Shown in pieces: positions 35,013 to 45,734 of a stretch of DNA of 64,000 bases. The position numbers and the translations under genes are program-made. This DNA comes from an uncultured Isosphaeraceae bacterium. GTDB lineage: Bacteria; Planctomycetota; Phycisphaerae; Phycisphaerales; SM1A02. Location: contig CAZVVI010000004.1 in assembly GCA_964630505.1 (NCBI GenBank), positions 8,196 to 72,195 on the forward strand, in the 5' to 3' direction. The notes under the pieces are model-generated. The model did not search any database. It was not told the DNA's origin and saw only the letters and a list, made by a program, of their open reading frames with translations. Within the stretch, counting starts at the first letter, position 1; the number at the start of each line of letters is the position of its first letter.

Positions 35013-37670
35013 ATGAAAAATGTAATCACACTTGTTTTAGTCATACTCACATCATTCTCAGTTTTACCAAGCAGGGCAAGTGCTCAATCGATCCCACTTT
35101 TAACTGACCCAATTAAGGTCCGTGAAGTTGAACTCATGTCGAATCGTCTTGATATGACTCTTGTTCAACAAGAAGCATTGCTTGGTGTATACGACACGTA
35201 CTTGGAAGATTTCACTTCAGTGAAGCAAGGTGAAATTAAATCGTTTGAGGATGGAATTGCAGAAGCCGCTGAAACTTTTGGTTTTATGCAATTCGAAATT
35301 CCAGAGCGAGCAATGGTGGAGGATCTAATACGGAAAGCAGAAAGAGCAATTCGAGCAATTCACCGCTCTGACAATTTGTTTTTTGAAGAAGTCTCAGGAA
35401 TGTTATCTGAAAAGCAGAGGGTTGAACTGAAAAGGATCCAAATCGCCCGAGAACTTGAAGCGTATCAAATCATCGTGATGGAAATGCTTGGTCAAATGAA
35501 CAATGGCGGGAGAACTCAACTTCGTTCGCTTTTTAATCGACTCGATATTGAGCCAACAGTTGAAATGAATGAGTTACTTGATACGTATGACTTGAGGTAT
35601 TTAAAAGAGTCCAAAGAGGGGTTTGAAGCAGTCATCAGTACAGTGAACATTATTCTTGATCAGATTGACGAACTGGGAATCCGAGGTCTAGATCAGCAAG
35701 CATTGATGATGAGATTTATGTCAGATCCTGAAGCAATTGAAGATTTGAAGAGAAGGGGAGAAATTTTGTTAAAGCCACTCGTTGACCAAGCATATGAAAT
35801 GAGTCAACTTAATTGGAAGACTTGGAATCGGCTAGATTCTCTTCTTGAGGAAGAAGATTCTAGGCAATTACAAGAATGGTATTTTGGCAAATCATTTAGA
35901 AACTCAATTAGGGGCGTAGATAAAGTCAGCAGATTTCTTGAATCGTCTCTTGGGTTAAGTACTATCAATGAAGGGCAACGGATTGATCTTGAAGAGTTGC
36001 AAAAATCATTTCAATCAAAGTGGCCAAGGATGACTGAACAACATGCTGAAGTTCTTGAAAAATCTAGGGAAAAACAAACGATTGCAATGATGAGTGGCGA
36101 AGCGTCCTCTGGGTTTGAAGAGCAATTAAAAACACTTGATGATACGCGTCGAGATTACATTACAAAGACGACCTCAAGAATTGAGTCTATCCTAGGAAAA
36201 GAACTCGTTGCGAAGATTAGGGGTGACAAGAAAAAATATGATAATCCTTTTATCAATGAAGTAGCTTTGTTGAAGAGTGGTTCTGTTCAAGCAGAAGGTG
36301 ATGAAAATACTGTCGAAGTTCAAGTCGTTGTGGGCTCTACTGATGGAAGAGAATTAACAGCTGAAGAAATTGAGGAACTTAAAAAATCTGGTCATATTCA
36401 AACTGTTGAATTACAAAATGAAGATGGAGAATGGGTTGATGATCAGGGTCAATCTGTTGAGATAAGAACAATTAATTCCTCAGATAGCAAGGACGTGTTT
36501 GAAGTTACGCCACAATTGCATGGTGGCACAACAGTTCCTAAGCCAATTTCTCCTTCATTTCCAGAGCGTGCAGCAGTTGTGTTGGAACTTGACGACAGTG
36601 GTGCCATCATTATTGAAGCGGTCTATAACGAATACCGTGAAAAATATGATGAGGAATATCGAATTATCGCAAACGATTCAAAAAAAATTATCGACGATGA
36701 ATCACTCTCTCGTGCTGAGCGGATGAGAAAGAATAGTGATTTAAGTAAGAGAGCAGCGGATGCTGTTGCTTCACTTGACACAGCACTGTTTGACGATCTT
36801 GTAGCTGTAACTTCGTTAAAGCGAGAAGATGTGAACGTCAAGATGCTCGAGCACCATCGAAACCGCCAACGCATGTCAGCTCCAGATGACCCTTGGGGTT
36901 GGCGAGGAGGAGAAGGTGATACCATCGACCTTGTCGGGTTGTATGTCATGTCCAAAGAATCTGATGCGTTGCAAGAAGGGATTTCTAAAGAGTCTATAGA
37001 TGCAATACGTACAGCAATGCAAGGGTATCACAAACAAGTTTCTACTCCACACTCAGAATATGTAGAAGCAATCTATAACTTGGCTCATTTACAAGATGCG
37101 ATGTGGCTGATAGAAGATTCTGATGCTGGGCAAGGGGTTGCGGAATCAGTCAGAAATCGTTGGCGAGATGCGTACACGGCAGTGCGAGATTCAAAAAGAG
37201 CGCTCATGTTTGCCAATCAAAGTGTGATGAATACACTTCTTGAACACGTTCCCGAATCTGACTTTTGGAAAGTGCGAATGGAGTTCGTCCAAAAAGCATA
37301 TCCAGATGTGTTTAAGAAAAGTTCAGATATCACTTCGATGTTGACTGCAGCAAATTCGATCCAAAATTTGAATCCGACTCAAAAAAGCACGCTGGAAACG
37401 CTCGTCTCTACATATCGAAATGAGTTTTGGGGAATTTGCGAGCAAATGATTCAGAATCATCAATCAAACGCAACTGCGTCCACTGGTGAAGGGTTTATGG
37501 ACAAGGAAGATATTCATAGGCAATTACAATTAGAAACCCTACGATTTCAACGAAAAGAATTAAATGATTTAATGCAAATGAGATTGCGGATGGTCTTGAA
37601 TGAAGAACAAATTAAAGACGTTCCTGGGCTCCGTCCAACCGTGGCTACAGGGAAGGAATGGAATTGGTAA
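35013..37670 (+). CDS. large secreted Glu/Lys/Arg-rich helical (coiled-coil-like) hypothetical protein
   Basis: I trimmed the start to the Met at 35013 (MKNVITLVLVILTSFSVLPSRASA, a Sec signal) with the SD AAAGAGGAG upstream. About 885 aa, no family recognised. Composition suggests long alpha-helices. Confidence 0.6.
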   Translation: MKNVITLVLVILTSFSVLPSRASAQSIPLLTDPIKVREVELMSNRLDMTLVQQEALLGVYDTYLEDFTSVKQGEIKSFEDGIAEAAETFGFMQFEIPERAMVEDLIRKAERAIRAIHRSDNLFFEEVSGMLSEKQRVELKRIQIARELEAYQIIVMEMLGQMNNGGRTQLRSLFNRLDIEPTVEMNELLDTYDLRYLKESKEGFEAVISTVNIILDQIDELGIRGLDQQALMMRFMSDPEAIEDLKRRGEILLKPLVDQAYEMSQLNWKTWNRLDSLLEEEDSRQLQEWYFGKSFRNSIRGVDKVSRFLESSLGLSTINEGQRIDLEELQKSFQSKWPRMTEQHAEVLEKSREKQTIAMMSGEASSGFEEQLKTLDDTRRDYITKTTSRIESILGKELVAKIRGDKKKYDNPFINEVALLKSGSVQAEGDENTVEVQVVVGSTDGRELTAEEIEELKKSGHIQTVELQNEDGEWVDDQGQSVEIRTINSSDSKDVFEVTPQLHGGTTVPKPISPSFPERAAVVLELDDSGAIIIEAVYNEYREKYDEEYRIIANDSKKIIDDESLSRAERMRKNSDLSKRAADAVASLDTALFDDLVAVTSLKREDVNVKMLEHHRNRQRMSAPDDPWGWRGGEGDTIDLVGLYVMSKESDALQEGISKESIDAIRTAMQGYHKQVSTPHSEYVEAIYNLAHLQDAMWLIEDSDAGQGVAESVRNRWRDAYTAVRDSKRALMFANQSVMNTLLEHVPESDFWKVRMEFVQKAYPDVFKKSSDITSMLTAANSIQNLNPTQKSTLETLVSTYRNEFWGICEQMIQNHQSNATASTGEGFMDKEDIHRQLQLETLRFQRKELNDLMQMRLRMVLNEEQIKDVPGLRPTVATGKEWNW

Positions 37671-40512
37671 TCAATTCAAGAGGATGCAGCAAGCGTTGTT
37701 GCTCAATACGAATCGCTTGACTAAAACAAGAATATCCAGTGACCAGAGAGTTTTGTGTTGTTGGTTTATGGGGAGCCCAATGTTGGTTCCAGATTATGTG
37801 TGACTGTTGTTGGTGTTCTCGTTCGTGCCCAAATAGTCCACCCATTCCACAACAAGCAGTTTTTATAATCTCTAGGTTTGCCCCTAAATGTGAAAACAAT
37901 TGTTGCCAAAGTAAAAGTAACTGATGTTCTTTAGAACTTGCTTTCTCTATACAGTGAGGGAACAACCGCCAATCGCCTTGAATCTTGATCGTTGAAAGAT
38001 TTTCATGAATTAGCCACTCTTGTGGAAGCATCACAGGAACATTGATTTGTGTTCCGATTGAGTGGGGATACTCATTTCGCCAAAGCAATGTTGTTGCGGG
38101 TTCTATTCCAACGATTGGGATGTCAGCATCAACAATAGGTGTTAGCCAATGAATATTTTGGTTGGCGATTTTATTAAACGTCTTCATATCACCTCTGATA
38201 TGAAATGCTTTTCCACTTGGTTTGTATTCAAGAAGTGCTACTTTATGCCCAAGATGTGTTGCAATTTCAATACATGCCGAAATGACTTGAGGCCTGAAAA
38301 ATGTCGTAAATGAATCTTGTAAAAGGACAAGGGATGGCTTTTTATCAAGAACTTCACTTGGTGAGTAAATGGGAACACCCCACGACGTTTTTCGTTGTAC
38401 TTTTGGAGAATCAACAATTCCCACCATCGATACAAGTAATGAACTTGGAATAATCTTTCCAAGGGGTGATGCGAGAATTGGGAGTAATCGTTCCATATTG
38501 AACCAGACGTGGTCGCGAATGGGGCGTAGGTATCTTCCAAAGTATGCGTTATAAAACTCTGCACGCATGCTAGGAATATCAATTTCCATCGGGCACTCCT
38601 TTGCACATGCTTTGCAGGAGAGGCATCCATCTAGTGCTCTTCGCACATCATGAGAGAAATCCGTTTGATTGCCAGATTGGAAAACACGATTGATGAACGA
38701 CCCTTTCTTCGTAACTGGCGATTCGCCTACGTGCTGCAACCAATATCGAAGCAAATTTGCTCTTCCACGAGGGCTGTGAATTGGATTACCAGTTGCTCTG
38801 AACGTTGGGCACATTGCATCGCTGAAAGATGCAGATTCACATTCGCTGTTACCATCGCACCGTTTTGCATTTTCTAGGATAGGTAGGTGAGCGATTGACG
38901 TGTTAAACTCTCCTTTGGTTTTGTGCTCAATTGAATAAAGTTCACCGCCTACTGTAGGTGGCGCTACTTTGAATGGGTTCAGTTGGTTTTTTGGATCAAA
39001 TGCGTGTTTGATGGCGCACATTTGTTCCCAAATTTCTTCTCCGAAGACTGTAGGACCGAATTCACTTCTAAATCCTTTTCCATGCTCTCCCCACAAAATT
39101 CCACCGTAAGATTGGACAAGAGTTACGACTTGTTCAGTCATCGATTTGACGACATTTCGATCACCAGCATTTTCCATATTCAATGCAGGTCGTACATGGA
39201 TGACCCCAGCATCAACATGACCGAACATTCCAGCCTGTAATCCATTTTGATGTAACAATTTTTTGAAATCAGCAATGAATGGCGCTAATTTTTCTGGAGG
39301 GACTGCGCAATCTTCCACAAATGGAATTGGAGTTTTATCCCCTTGTAACGAAGAGAGAAGTCCAACGCTTCGAGATCTAAACGACCACGCGTTCTGAATT
39401 AGTATTTCGTCTATGAGGTAAGAAGCGTGGAGTAATGAATAATTTGTTTTAGCAAACTCGATGACTTTTTCTGAAGAATCTGTGTTCTCATCAGTGAACT
39501 CTATCAAAAGGATTGCACGGATATCATCTCTGATTTCTCCAAGAGATTCACTAAGGATGTCAAAGCAAGAATTGTCGATGGCTGCACGGATGACCATGTC
39601 ATCAACACATTCGATTGCTGAAGGATTGAATTGGCGAAGTTTGCAACCGCACCGTAATGCTTCCTCGAACGATTCAAAACAAAGTAAAACAAGTTCTTTC
39701 TTCTTTGGTATTGGCACACACTGCAGAACAGCAGATGTAGTAACACCTAGCGTTCCTTCTGAGCCACAGATGAGTCTGTTCAAATCAAATGCATTGCCAT
39801 CCCACGTCATCGGCAAGTTGTACCCAGTGGCAAATCGAGGTAGTTCTGGCCAATATTTTTCAAAATAAGGTCGTGCCAAATCGCAAGCATTTTTGACTGT
39901 CTGAATAATCTCTTTATGATGGTCAATGAGAGTGCCGCCTTGAAAGACCGTTTGAAGTTCAACAACACAGTCACTCATCTTGCCATACACACTAGAACCC
40001 TTGCCAGCGGAATCATTTCCAATCATTCCGCCGATTGTTGCTCGTGATGAGGTTGCAACAGTAGGACCAATCATGACCCCGTATTCAAGTAATGCTCGAT
40101 TCACCTCATCGAGGACAGCCCCACATTCAACATGAACTTGTTTCGTCTGTTCGTTGTAATCCAAGATGGAACGTAAATGCTGCTTGCAATCGAGCACGAT
40201 TGAATGTGTGAGGGATTGACCTGCAGTACTTGTTCCACCTCCTCGAGGTGTAATAGAAATATTGTGATGCGAGGAACGATCAAGGATGGTTAGAAGTTGC
40301 ACCACGCAACGATGTGATTGAGGAGTGATGACAATTTCGGGGAGTTCTTGCCATATTGAATTATCAGTTGATGCGACGACTCTACGAGCAAAATTCGTAG
40401 AGATACCACCCTGAAAACCACATTCTTGAAGTTCTTCAATAAAACGTTTACATTCAAGAGAGATTTTTGATTCAGCGATAACTTTCTGCAACATGATGCA
40501 GGATGCTACCAA
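37645..40512 (-). CDS. FAD-linked oxidase fused to Fe-S/CCG domains (YdiJ / GlcD-GlcF fusion type, 2-hydroxyacid dehydrogenase-like)
   Basis: 955 aa. FAD-binding PCMH domain at the N-terminus, a 4Fe-4S motif CLSCKACAKECP in the middle, and a Cys-rich C-terminal region. The size and order resemble E. coli YdiJ. The alternative start is the Met at 40494. Confidence 0.82.
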   Translation of the reverse strand: MVASCIMLQKVIAESKISLECKRFIEELQECGFQGGISTNFARRVVASTDNSIWQELPEIVITPQSHRCVVQLLTILDRSSHHNISITPRGGGTSTAGQSLTHSIVLDCKQHLRSILDYNEQTKQVHVECGAVLDEVNRALLEYGVMIGPTVATSSRATIGGMIGNDSAGKGSSVYGKMSDCVVELQTVFQGGTLIDHHKEIIQTVKNACDLARPYFEKYWPELPRFATGYNLPMTWDGNAFDLNRLICGSEGTLGVTTSAVLQCVPIPKKKELVLLCFESFEEALRCGCKLRQFNPSAIECVDDMVIRAAIDNSCFDILSESLGEIRDDIRAILLIEFTDENTDSSEKVIEFAKTNYSLLHASYLIDEILIQNAWSFRSRSVGLLSSLQGDKTPIPFVEDCAVPPEKLAPFIADFKKLLHQNGLQAGMFGHVDAGVIHVRPALNMENAGDRNVVKSMTEQVVTLVQSYGGILWGEHGKGFRSEFGPTVFGEEIWEQMCAIKHAFDPKNQLNPFKVAPPTVGGELYSIEHKTKGEFNTSIAHLPILENAKRCDGNSECESASFSDAMCPTFRATGNPIHSPRGRANLLRYWLQHVGESPVTKKGSFINRVFQSGNQTDFSHDVRRALDGCLSCKACAKECPMEIDIPSMRAEFYNAYFGRYLRPIRDHVWFNMERLLPILASPLGKIIPSSLLVSMVGIVDSPKVQRKTSWGVPIYSPSEVLDKKPSLVLLQDSFTTFFRPQVISACIEIATHLGHKVALLEYKPSGKAFHIRGDMKTFNKIANQNIHWLTPIVDADIPIVGIEPATTLLWRNEYPHSIGTQINVPVMLPQEWLIHENLSTIKIQGDWRLFPHCIEKASSKEHQLLLLWQQLFSHLGANLEIIKTACCGMGGLFGHEREHQQQSHIIWNQHWAPHKPTTQNSLVTGYSCFSQAIRIEQQRLLHPLELITNSIPSL

Positions 40513-40546
40513 CTATCTTGGGTGTATGACAGTGGGGATGTCTGAG

Positions 40547-43500
40547 TTAACAGTCACTACTGTCTCCCCATGCAGAGATGACAATTAGGATATCAGCAAC
40601 GTCGACAACACCGCTCCCATCCAAGTCATATGTGGGCTCAGCACTGCCCCATGCGCCGATGAGTAGGAGAATGTCGCCTACTGCTACAGAGCCATCTCCA
40701 TCTAGATCAGCAGGACAGTCCACGACCACAACAGTTGTATTGAAGTACACGCCAATCGCAGGAGTGCTCGATTCGCCAGTTGGGGTGAGATCAATCAGGC
40801 AGATAATATCCTGTAAGGTGTCCCCATCAATATCTCCATGATCAACAAGGGCTGGCTCATCACCCGTTGCAGTAGAGTCACCTGTTGAGAGGATAACCGT
40901 TTCTTCGGTGTCATTTCGAACGATGAGTAATTCTCTATCTGTTGATCCGATGACGGAAACTACAAAATCTTCATCTCCATCGTTATCGAAGTCTGAAACA
41001 GTGATTTCATTTGGACTTGTACCTACCGATGTTGTGGAGGCACTGCCTACAGTTACGCCATCACCCATGAGGACACTAATTGAGCCGAGCCCCTCATTGA
41101 CTGTCACAATGTCTATGTTGCCATCTCGTGTTGTTTGGAAATCAAGAGCTACAAATTCTGCAGCGTCACTTCCAGAAGGCAGATTTGTAACTTCCACGTG
41201 AGAAAATGGTGAATATGATCCTGTTCCATTTCCATTTAAGACTCGAATTTCATCCGCGGCACCGCTGAGAAGCACGAAGTCAAAATCTTTATCGTTCGTA
41301 ACATCGCCTGGTAAAATATCTGCTGGTTGTGGAATACTTACTGAGCCCTCCCAATTAAATTGCGTGCCAACGAGAGCCGTTGTATTTTGGAGGATTGAAA
41401 TTTTGAATGAATCACACGCAACGATGATATCATCGCGATCATTTCCATCAGTTACATAGTCTGCTACTGCAAGATATCTTGGCGATGAATCTGTTGTGAT
41501 TTCAGTTTCTGTGAATGATGCACTACCATCGTTCGTTAAAATAGTTACAGATGTTGATTCGTAGTTTGCAACAACAAGATCATTTGCAACGCCATCGCCG
41601 TCTATATCGATTACTGCAATATCAATCGGATTGGTACCCACAGGAATTGGTGCTAATTCAGTTACTTGCCATGTATCTGCCGACACGCCATCATTAATCA
41701 AGATAACAACGTTACCTGCCCCACCATTCTCATCAGGGACAGCCATTGCGACGTCCGGATCATTATCACCGTCTAAGTCAGCAACAACAATTTCGGATGG
41801 AGTTGCTGTTAAGGCATAACTGCTTGAATCTTCAAAAAGAATTGGACCAGTCGTTTCAAGGAGGGCTTCCGATCCACCACGTATACCTGCGATTGGATTT
41901 GACCATCGTACCCTAAGGTTCGATGGCAAACCAGTGTTAAAGATTAGAGTTGGGTAACCGTATGAATATCCGGCATCTATTAAATCAAATGAATCACTTT
42001 CGTTTGGTAAAAACTCTCCGCTCCAACGCAGTTCGATTGCAGTAGTCATATCAGCAGAGTTTGAAACGCTCAAGTGATCGTGAGATAAACCAGAATTATA
42101 TCCTGCAATATCAAAAGAGAGAGTGCCAACAAGTTCTCCAGAATTACTATTTGTTCGATTGTAAAAACTACCATCAATATCAAGGTTTCCGATACCACGT
42201 CCAGACGGTAAAACAACTGCGCCACCATTTGTCACGTCTCCATAGACCCATCCAGCATAATTGAATGTTACTGTATCATCTAGCATTAGCGAATCAACGT
42301 AGAGATCCAAACTATCTCTAAAGGAAATATTCCCACCGCTTAATTCAAGTGGATTTAAGACATACAAAGAACCGGGGCCTTTAAATTCTGCATTGGCGTT
42401 GTTATCAAATGCATCAACTCGGAGAGCACGAGACGCTCCACGCAGATAGAGCGCATTGTTGTTCAAATTAAATTCAAATGTTCCACTTGTGACGTGTAAT
42501 GAATTTAAGTAATTGGTTTGATCAAAGATGACGAGTCCAGTATTTGTCGCAGGGCCGTTGAACATGACATTTGAGTCGGAATCTGGAGCGCCATTTTGTG
42601 CCCAATTCTCGGAATCATTGAAATACGGGCTATTATTACCAGTCCAAATCCAAACACTTTCAAAAGTTTGGTTTCGTTCATATGCGCCCATGTCAACGAT
42701 TCCAGGAAGTTCATCAGGATTATTACCTGTGTCAGTGACGTATGGGTCATCCACAATACGGGTGTTACCAATCAAGTCAACTTCTACATATACAACGGTG
42801 TTATCAGCGGCGTCAATACATGGTGAAAGTTGAAATAGTTTGAAGTTTTCATCGCCGGTTCCAGGTACATTATCGAGTCCAAATTCATCAATGAAGCGTG
42901 GATTCATATCAATGTTACTGATACCACCAAGAGAAAAGTCATATTCTTGAATACAGTTGTAATTACCACCCCATGTTGAGGTTCCACCAGGGTACAACTG
43001 GCTAAAGATTCCATTTTCATCCTCGTTGCCCCAGATAATATTATTTGTCCCAATAATTGTTCCGGCAGTGGCGTAAATGCCGCCAACGAAACCGGCACTG
43101 TTTTGCACGATGGTTGAGTTAATCAGTTTACATTGCCCTTGGTTGGAATACACAGCTCCGCCATTTTCCCTTGCATTATTTGCAACAAGTAAACAGTTAT
43201 CAATTGCAGTGTTGCCATTGTTTCTAATAGCACCACCATCAGTTGCTGCAGTGTTATTTGCAAGAACACATCGAATAAGTGAAATGCTTGCATTTGGATT
43301 TGAGATGGCAATAGCCCCACCTTGTGTCGCTTCATTCTGTATAAAAGCAGTTTGATGAACTAGCGGAAAAGCTGTTGATCCTGGTTGATAATTCAACACT
43401 TTTAACGCACCACCGGATTGATTGGGCGCCGACCCGTTTGCATTACCAGAACGGATGTATACACTGTCAAGTACTGGAGGTAAACCTATTAGATTATCTG

Positions 43501-44488
43501 CGAGAACGACATGATATGCATTTTCACTATTGTCTCCACTTCCATTGTCATCACCGTTGAGATCGCCAGATAAATAAACCTGATTAACTGTTGGTTGTCG
43601 CTGATCCACATCTGTTTCATTACCTGCAAATCCACCATAAATTTCAACACCTGCAATTAGTCGATATGCCGCCTCTCTTGTGTCGTTCGATCCACCAGTA
43701 TCTGATGGATAATAAGTTCCTTGAGCAACCCATATTTGGTTGCCACTGGATGCCACATCAAGAGCATCTTGCAAATCAAGAAACGCAGTGCTCCATGAGG
43801 TTCCACCAGCGGGGCTCGTATTATTTGCATTAACGTACCACACCGAAGATGCAACAACTCCACACTTGATTTCAGAACATGTTTCACCCTTTGTCCATTC
43901 GCCTCCTTCAGCAATACAATCGTCTCTGGTACTTTCATAACAATAGTATGTTCCCCCTGCGGTAAACAAACAGCATGCACCCCAAATATCCCCTCCACCA
44001 GATTCTGAAATTGTCAGGATTCCTTGACCAGCATCGCCTTGCCATCCACCAATTCGAATGTAGTAATCGGCTCCACCCGTTAGAGTGAATTCAATTGTTG
44101 AATAGTAATCTTGACAACTGGTGTTTCCATCAGGATCATCTCCGTTACATGCGACTTGATTTGTGCAATCTGTCTTGTATAACACCATTGAAGTGTCATA
44201 GTTCCCAAAACCTGTTTGATCACACGTTGTGAACTTATGATCTCCGTCATTGGATGGCGTAAATTTAAACCATATATCTGGGTTTGCCGTGCCCCAATCA
44301 AGATATGTTCCGTCACACATCAAATCATCTGGAATCGGGCTACTCGGACTTGCATTAGAAGTATCGAAGGTATTTAATCCGATGATTGCATCAAATGGCC
44401 AAGCACAATCATCACCCTCTGTTTGCCCTAATGCGTAACTACGAATACAAAGAACGATAATAATGGAGAGTGTAATTTTCTTTATCAT
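40547..44488 (-). CDS. giant secreted protein: right-handed beta-helix repeats plus FG-GAP/VCBS-like repeats plus C-terminal dockerin-like module
   Basis: 1313 aa with a signal peptide. Repeated GGAI..N segments are typical of parallel beta-helix or polymorphic-membrane-protein repeats. DxDGDxxxD FG-GAP-like repeats are present (DLDGDNDPDVA, DIDGDGVANDLVVAN). The C-terminus reads DCPADLDGDGSVAVGDILLLIGAWG...DLDGSGVVDVADILIVISAWG. Confidence 0.75.
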   Translation of the reverse strand: MIKKITLSIIIVLCIRSYALGQTEGDDCAWPFDAIIGLNTFDTSNASPSSPIPDDLMCDGTYLDWGTANPDIWFKFTPSNDGDHKFTTCDQTGFGNYDTSMVLYKTDCTNQVACNGDDPDGNTSCQDYYSTIEFTLTGGADYYIRIGGWQGDAGQGILTISESGGGDIWGACCLFTAGGTYYCYESTRDDCIAEGGEWTKGETCSEIKCGVVASSVWYVNANNTSPAGGTSWSTAFLDLQDALDVASSGNQIWVAQGTYYPSDTGGSNDTREAAYRLIAGVEIYGGFAGNETDVDQRQPTVNQVYLSGDLNGDDNGSGDNSENAYHVVLADNLIGLPPVLDSVYIRSGNANGSAPNQSGGALKVLNYQPGSTAFPLVHQTAFIQNEATQGGAIAISNPNASISLIRCVLANNTAATDGGAIRNNGNTAIDNCLLVANNARENGGAVYSNQGQCKLINSTIVQNSAGFVGGIYATAGTIIGTNNIIWGNEDENGIFSQLYPGGTSTWGGNYNCIQEYDFSLGGISNIDMNPRFIDEFGLDNVPGTGDENFKLFQLSPCIDAADNTVVYVEVDLIGNTRIVDDPYVTDTGNNPDELPGIVDMGAYERNQTFESVWIWTGNNSPYFNDSENWAQNGAPDSDSNVMFNGPATNTGLVIFDQTNYLNSLHVTSGTFEFNLNNNALYLRGASRALRVDAFDNNANAEFKGPGSLYVLNPLELSGGNISFRDSLDLYVDSLMLDDTVTFNYAGWVYGDVTNGGAVVLPSGRGIGNLDIDGSFYNRTNSNSGELVGTLSFDIAGYNSGLSHDHLSVSNSADMTTAIELRWSGEFLPNESDSFDLIDAGYSYGYPTLIFNTGLPSNLRVRWSNPIAGIRGGSEALLETTGPILFEDSSSYALTATPSEIVVADLDGDNDPDVAMAVPDENGGAGNVVILINDGVSADTWQVTELAPIPVGTNPIDIAVIDIDGDGVANDLVVANYESTSVTILTNDGSASFTETEITTDSSPRYLAVADYVTDGNDRDDIIVACDSFKISILQNTTALVGTQFNWEGSVSIPQPADILPGDVTNDKDFDFVLLSGAADEIRVLNGNGTGSYSPFSHVEVTNLPSGSDAAEFVALDFQTTRDGNIDIVTVNEGLGSISVLMGDGVTVGSASTTSVGTSPNEITVSDFDNDGDEDFVVSVIGSTDRELLIVRNDTEETVILSTGDSTATGDEPALVDHGDIDGDTLQDIICLIDLTPTGESSTPAIGVYFNTTVVVVDCPADLDGDGSVAVGDILLLIGAWGSAEPTYDLDGSGVVDVADILIVISAWGDSSDC

Positions 44489-44933
44489 CTTTCTTGCCTT
44501 CTTCTAATCCTCGCCTTTGGTAAATAGTTGGGACACAACCACTTACTATGCCACAATTCAGTCTAAAAGTCGAGAAAAAAAACAAATTCTCGTGGCTTTT
44601 TCATCAATTATGCGTCCGATACCTCATTAAGGGCTCAGCAATGTGGGCTATCGTCTATTCATTCCCATCTTAAGTAGTATAAGGAAATTCTTCACCCCAA
44701 TCGTCCATCGTTATCAAAATCGATCAGACATTATTTCATTTCCGTTTTACTATGAAACTACAAATAATTTGCTCTATGCACAGATGCCTTACACATAACA
44801 TTTACTCTGAGAATAACGCGATGAACATCAACGCCTTATCTCTACAGTTTGCCTAGAACAAGCAACGTGCGTAGCAAAAGAAATTGGTGAATCTTGAGTA
44901 CATATAGACCCAAGTGAAAAATTGGCTTTCCGG

Positions 44934-45050
<117 letters not shown>

Positions 45051-45085
45051 CAATTGCGGTGTGGCATTCTACATCAAAACTCTCG

Positions 45086-45463
45086 TTAATCCCAATTGAA
45101 CACGCCCTTTTTCCACGCATAGATATACGCCACGATACTAGTGCCTAGGAAAAAGAGGATTCTGCCCAGAAATAGGGTTGCTTCTTCACTTCCTTGAGCG
45201 AGTTGAGCATAGTCGACTGCCCAAGGGTATAAAAAGATGATTTCGATATCGAACACAAGGAACGTCATCGCCAAAATGTAAAATCGAATATTGAACCGTT
45301 TTCGAGCGGTTCCAATTGGATCCACACCAGACTCATAAATCGAATCTTTGACAGCACCAGATCGCTTAGGTCCAAGCAATCCAGAAGCCACAATGTTGAT
45401 TACTCCAAAGGCAACAGCCATCATAATGATGAGTAAGACTGGGAGGTAATTCGTGAAGTTCAT
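45086..45463 (-). CDS. nuoA: NADH-quinone oxidoreductase subunit A
   Basis: I trimmed the start to the Met at 45463. 125 aa with three TM helices and the NuoA/ND3 blocks YESG.DP and RF...FY..A..FL.FD.E..FL.PW. Confidence 0.88.
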   Translation of the reverse strand: MNFTNYLPVLLIIMMAVAFGVINIVASGLLGPKRSGAVKDSIYESGVDPIGTARKRFNIRFYILAMTFLVFDIEIIFLYPWAVDYAQLAQGSEEATLFLGRILFFLGTSIVAYIYAWKKGVFNWD

Positions 45464-45498
45464 GAATCGGCATTGTAACAAGACTACGTGGCTGTCAC

Positions 45499-45592
45499 TG
45501 GGTCTGACCCTCAACTGTTGAGTGGAACGTCTTTCGTCTAATTGTTCTCTGTTGAGTGCAACAACGTTCGACTTACCAAGGGGTCTGACCCT
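45499..45592. repeat. repeat-rich nuoA upstream region: 2 x GGGTCTGACCCT and 2 x CTGTTGAGTG
   Basis: GGGTCTGACCCT occurs at 45499-510 and 45581-592; each is itself a GGGTC/GACCC inverted repeat. CTGTTGAGTG occurs at 45514-23 and 45549-58. All lie 36-130 nt upstream of the nuoA ATG. Confidence 0.6.
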
Positions 45593-45598
45593 AATCGG

Positions 45599-45631
45599 GT
45601 GTGACTGTCACTTTGCGCGGTGACAGTCACA
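45599..45631. repeat. REP-like hairpin (copy 2) with the same 11-nt arms as 16630-16662
   Basis: GTGACTGTCAC (45601-11), the 8-nt loop tttgcgcg, then GTGACAGTCAC (45620-30). It lies immediately beside the terminator at 45634-74. Confidence 0.65.
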
Positions 45632-45633
45632 TC

Positions 45634-45674
45634 AAAAAAACCCCCCAAGACGGTGGTGGGTCCGCCTCAGGGGG
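45634..45674 (-). terminator. rho-independent terminator of the nrdJ transcription unit
   Basis: Minus strand reads CCCCCUGAGGCGG-ACCCACCA-CCGUCUUGGGGGG, a 13-bp stem that includes three G-U pairs, followed by UUUUUUU. Confidence 0.72.
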
Positions 45675-45734
45675 AGGGAAGAGAAGAAGTTAACTCACAT
45701 TGAGTGAGGGTAACTTCGCACAAAATGCCTCAGG

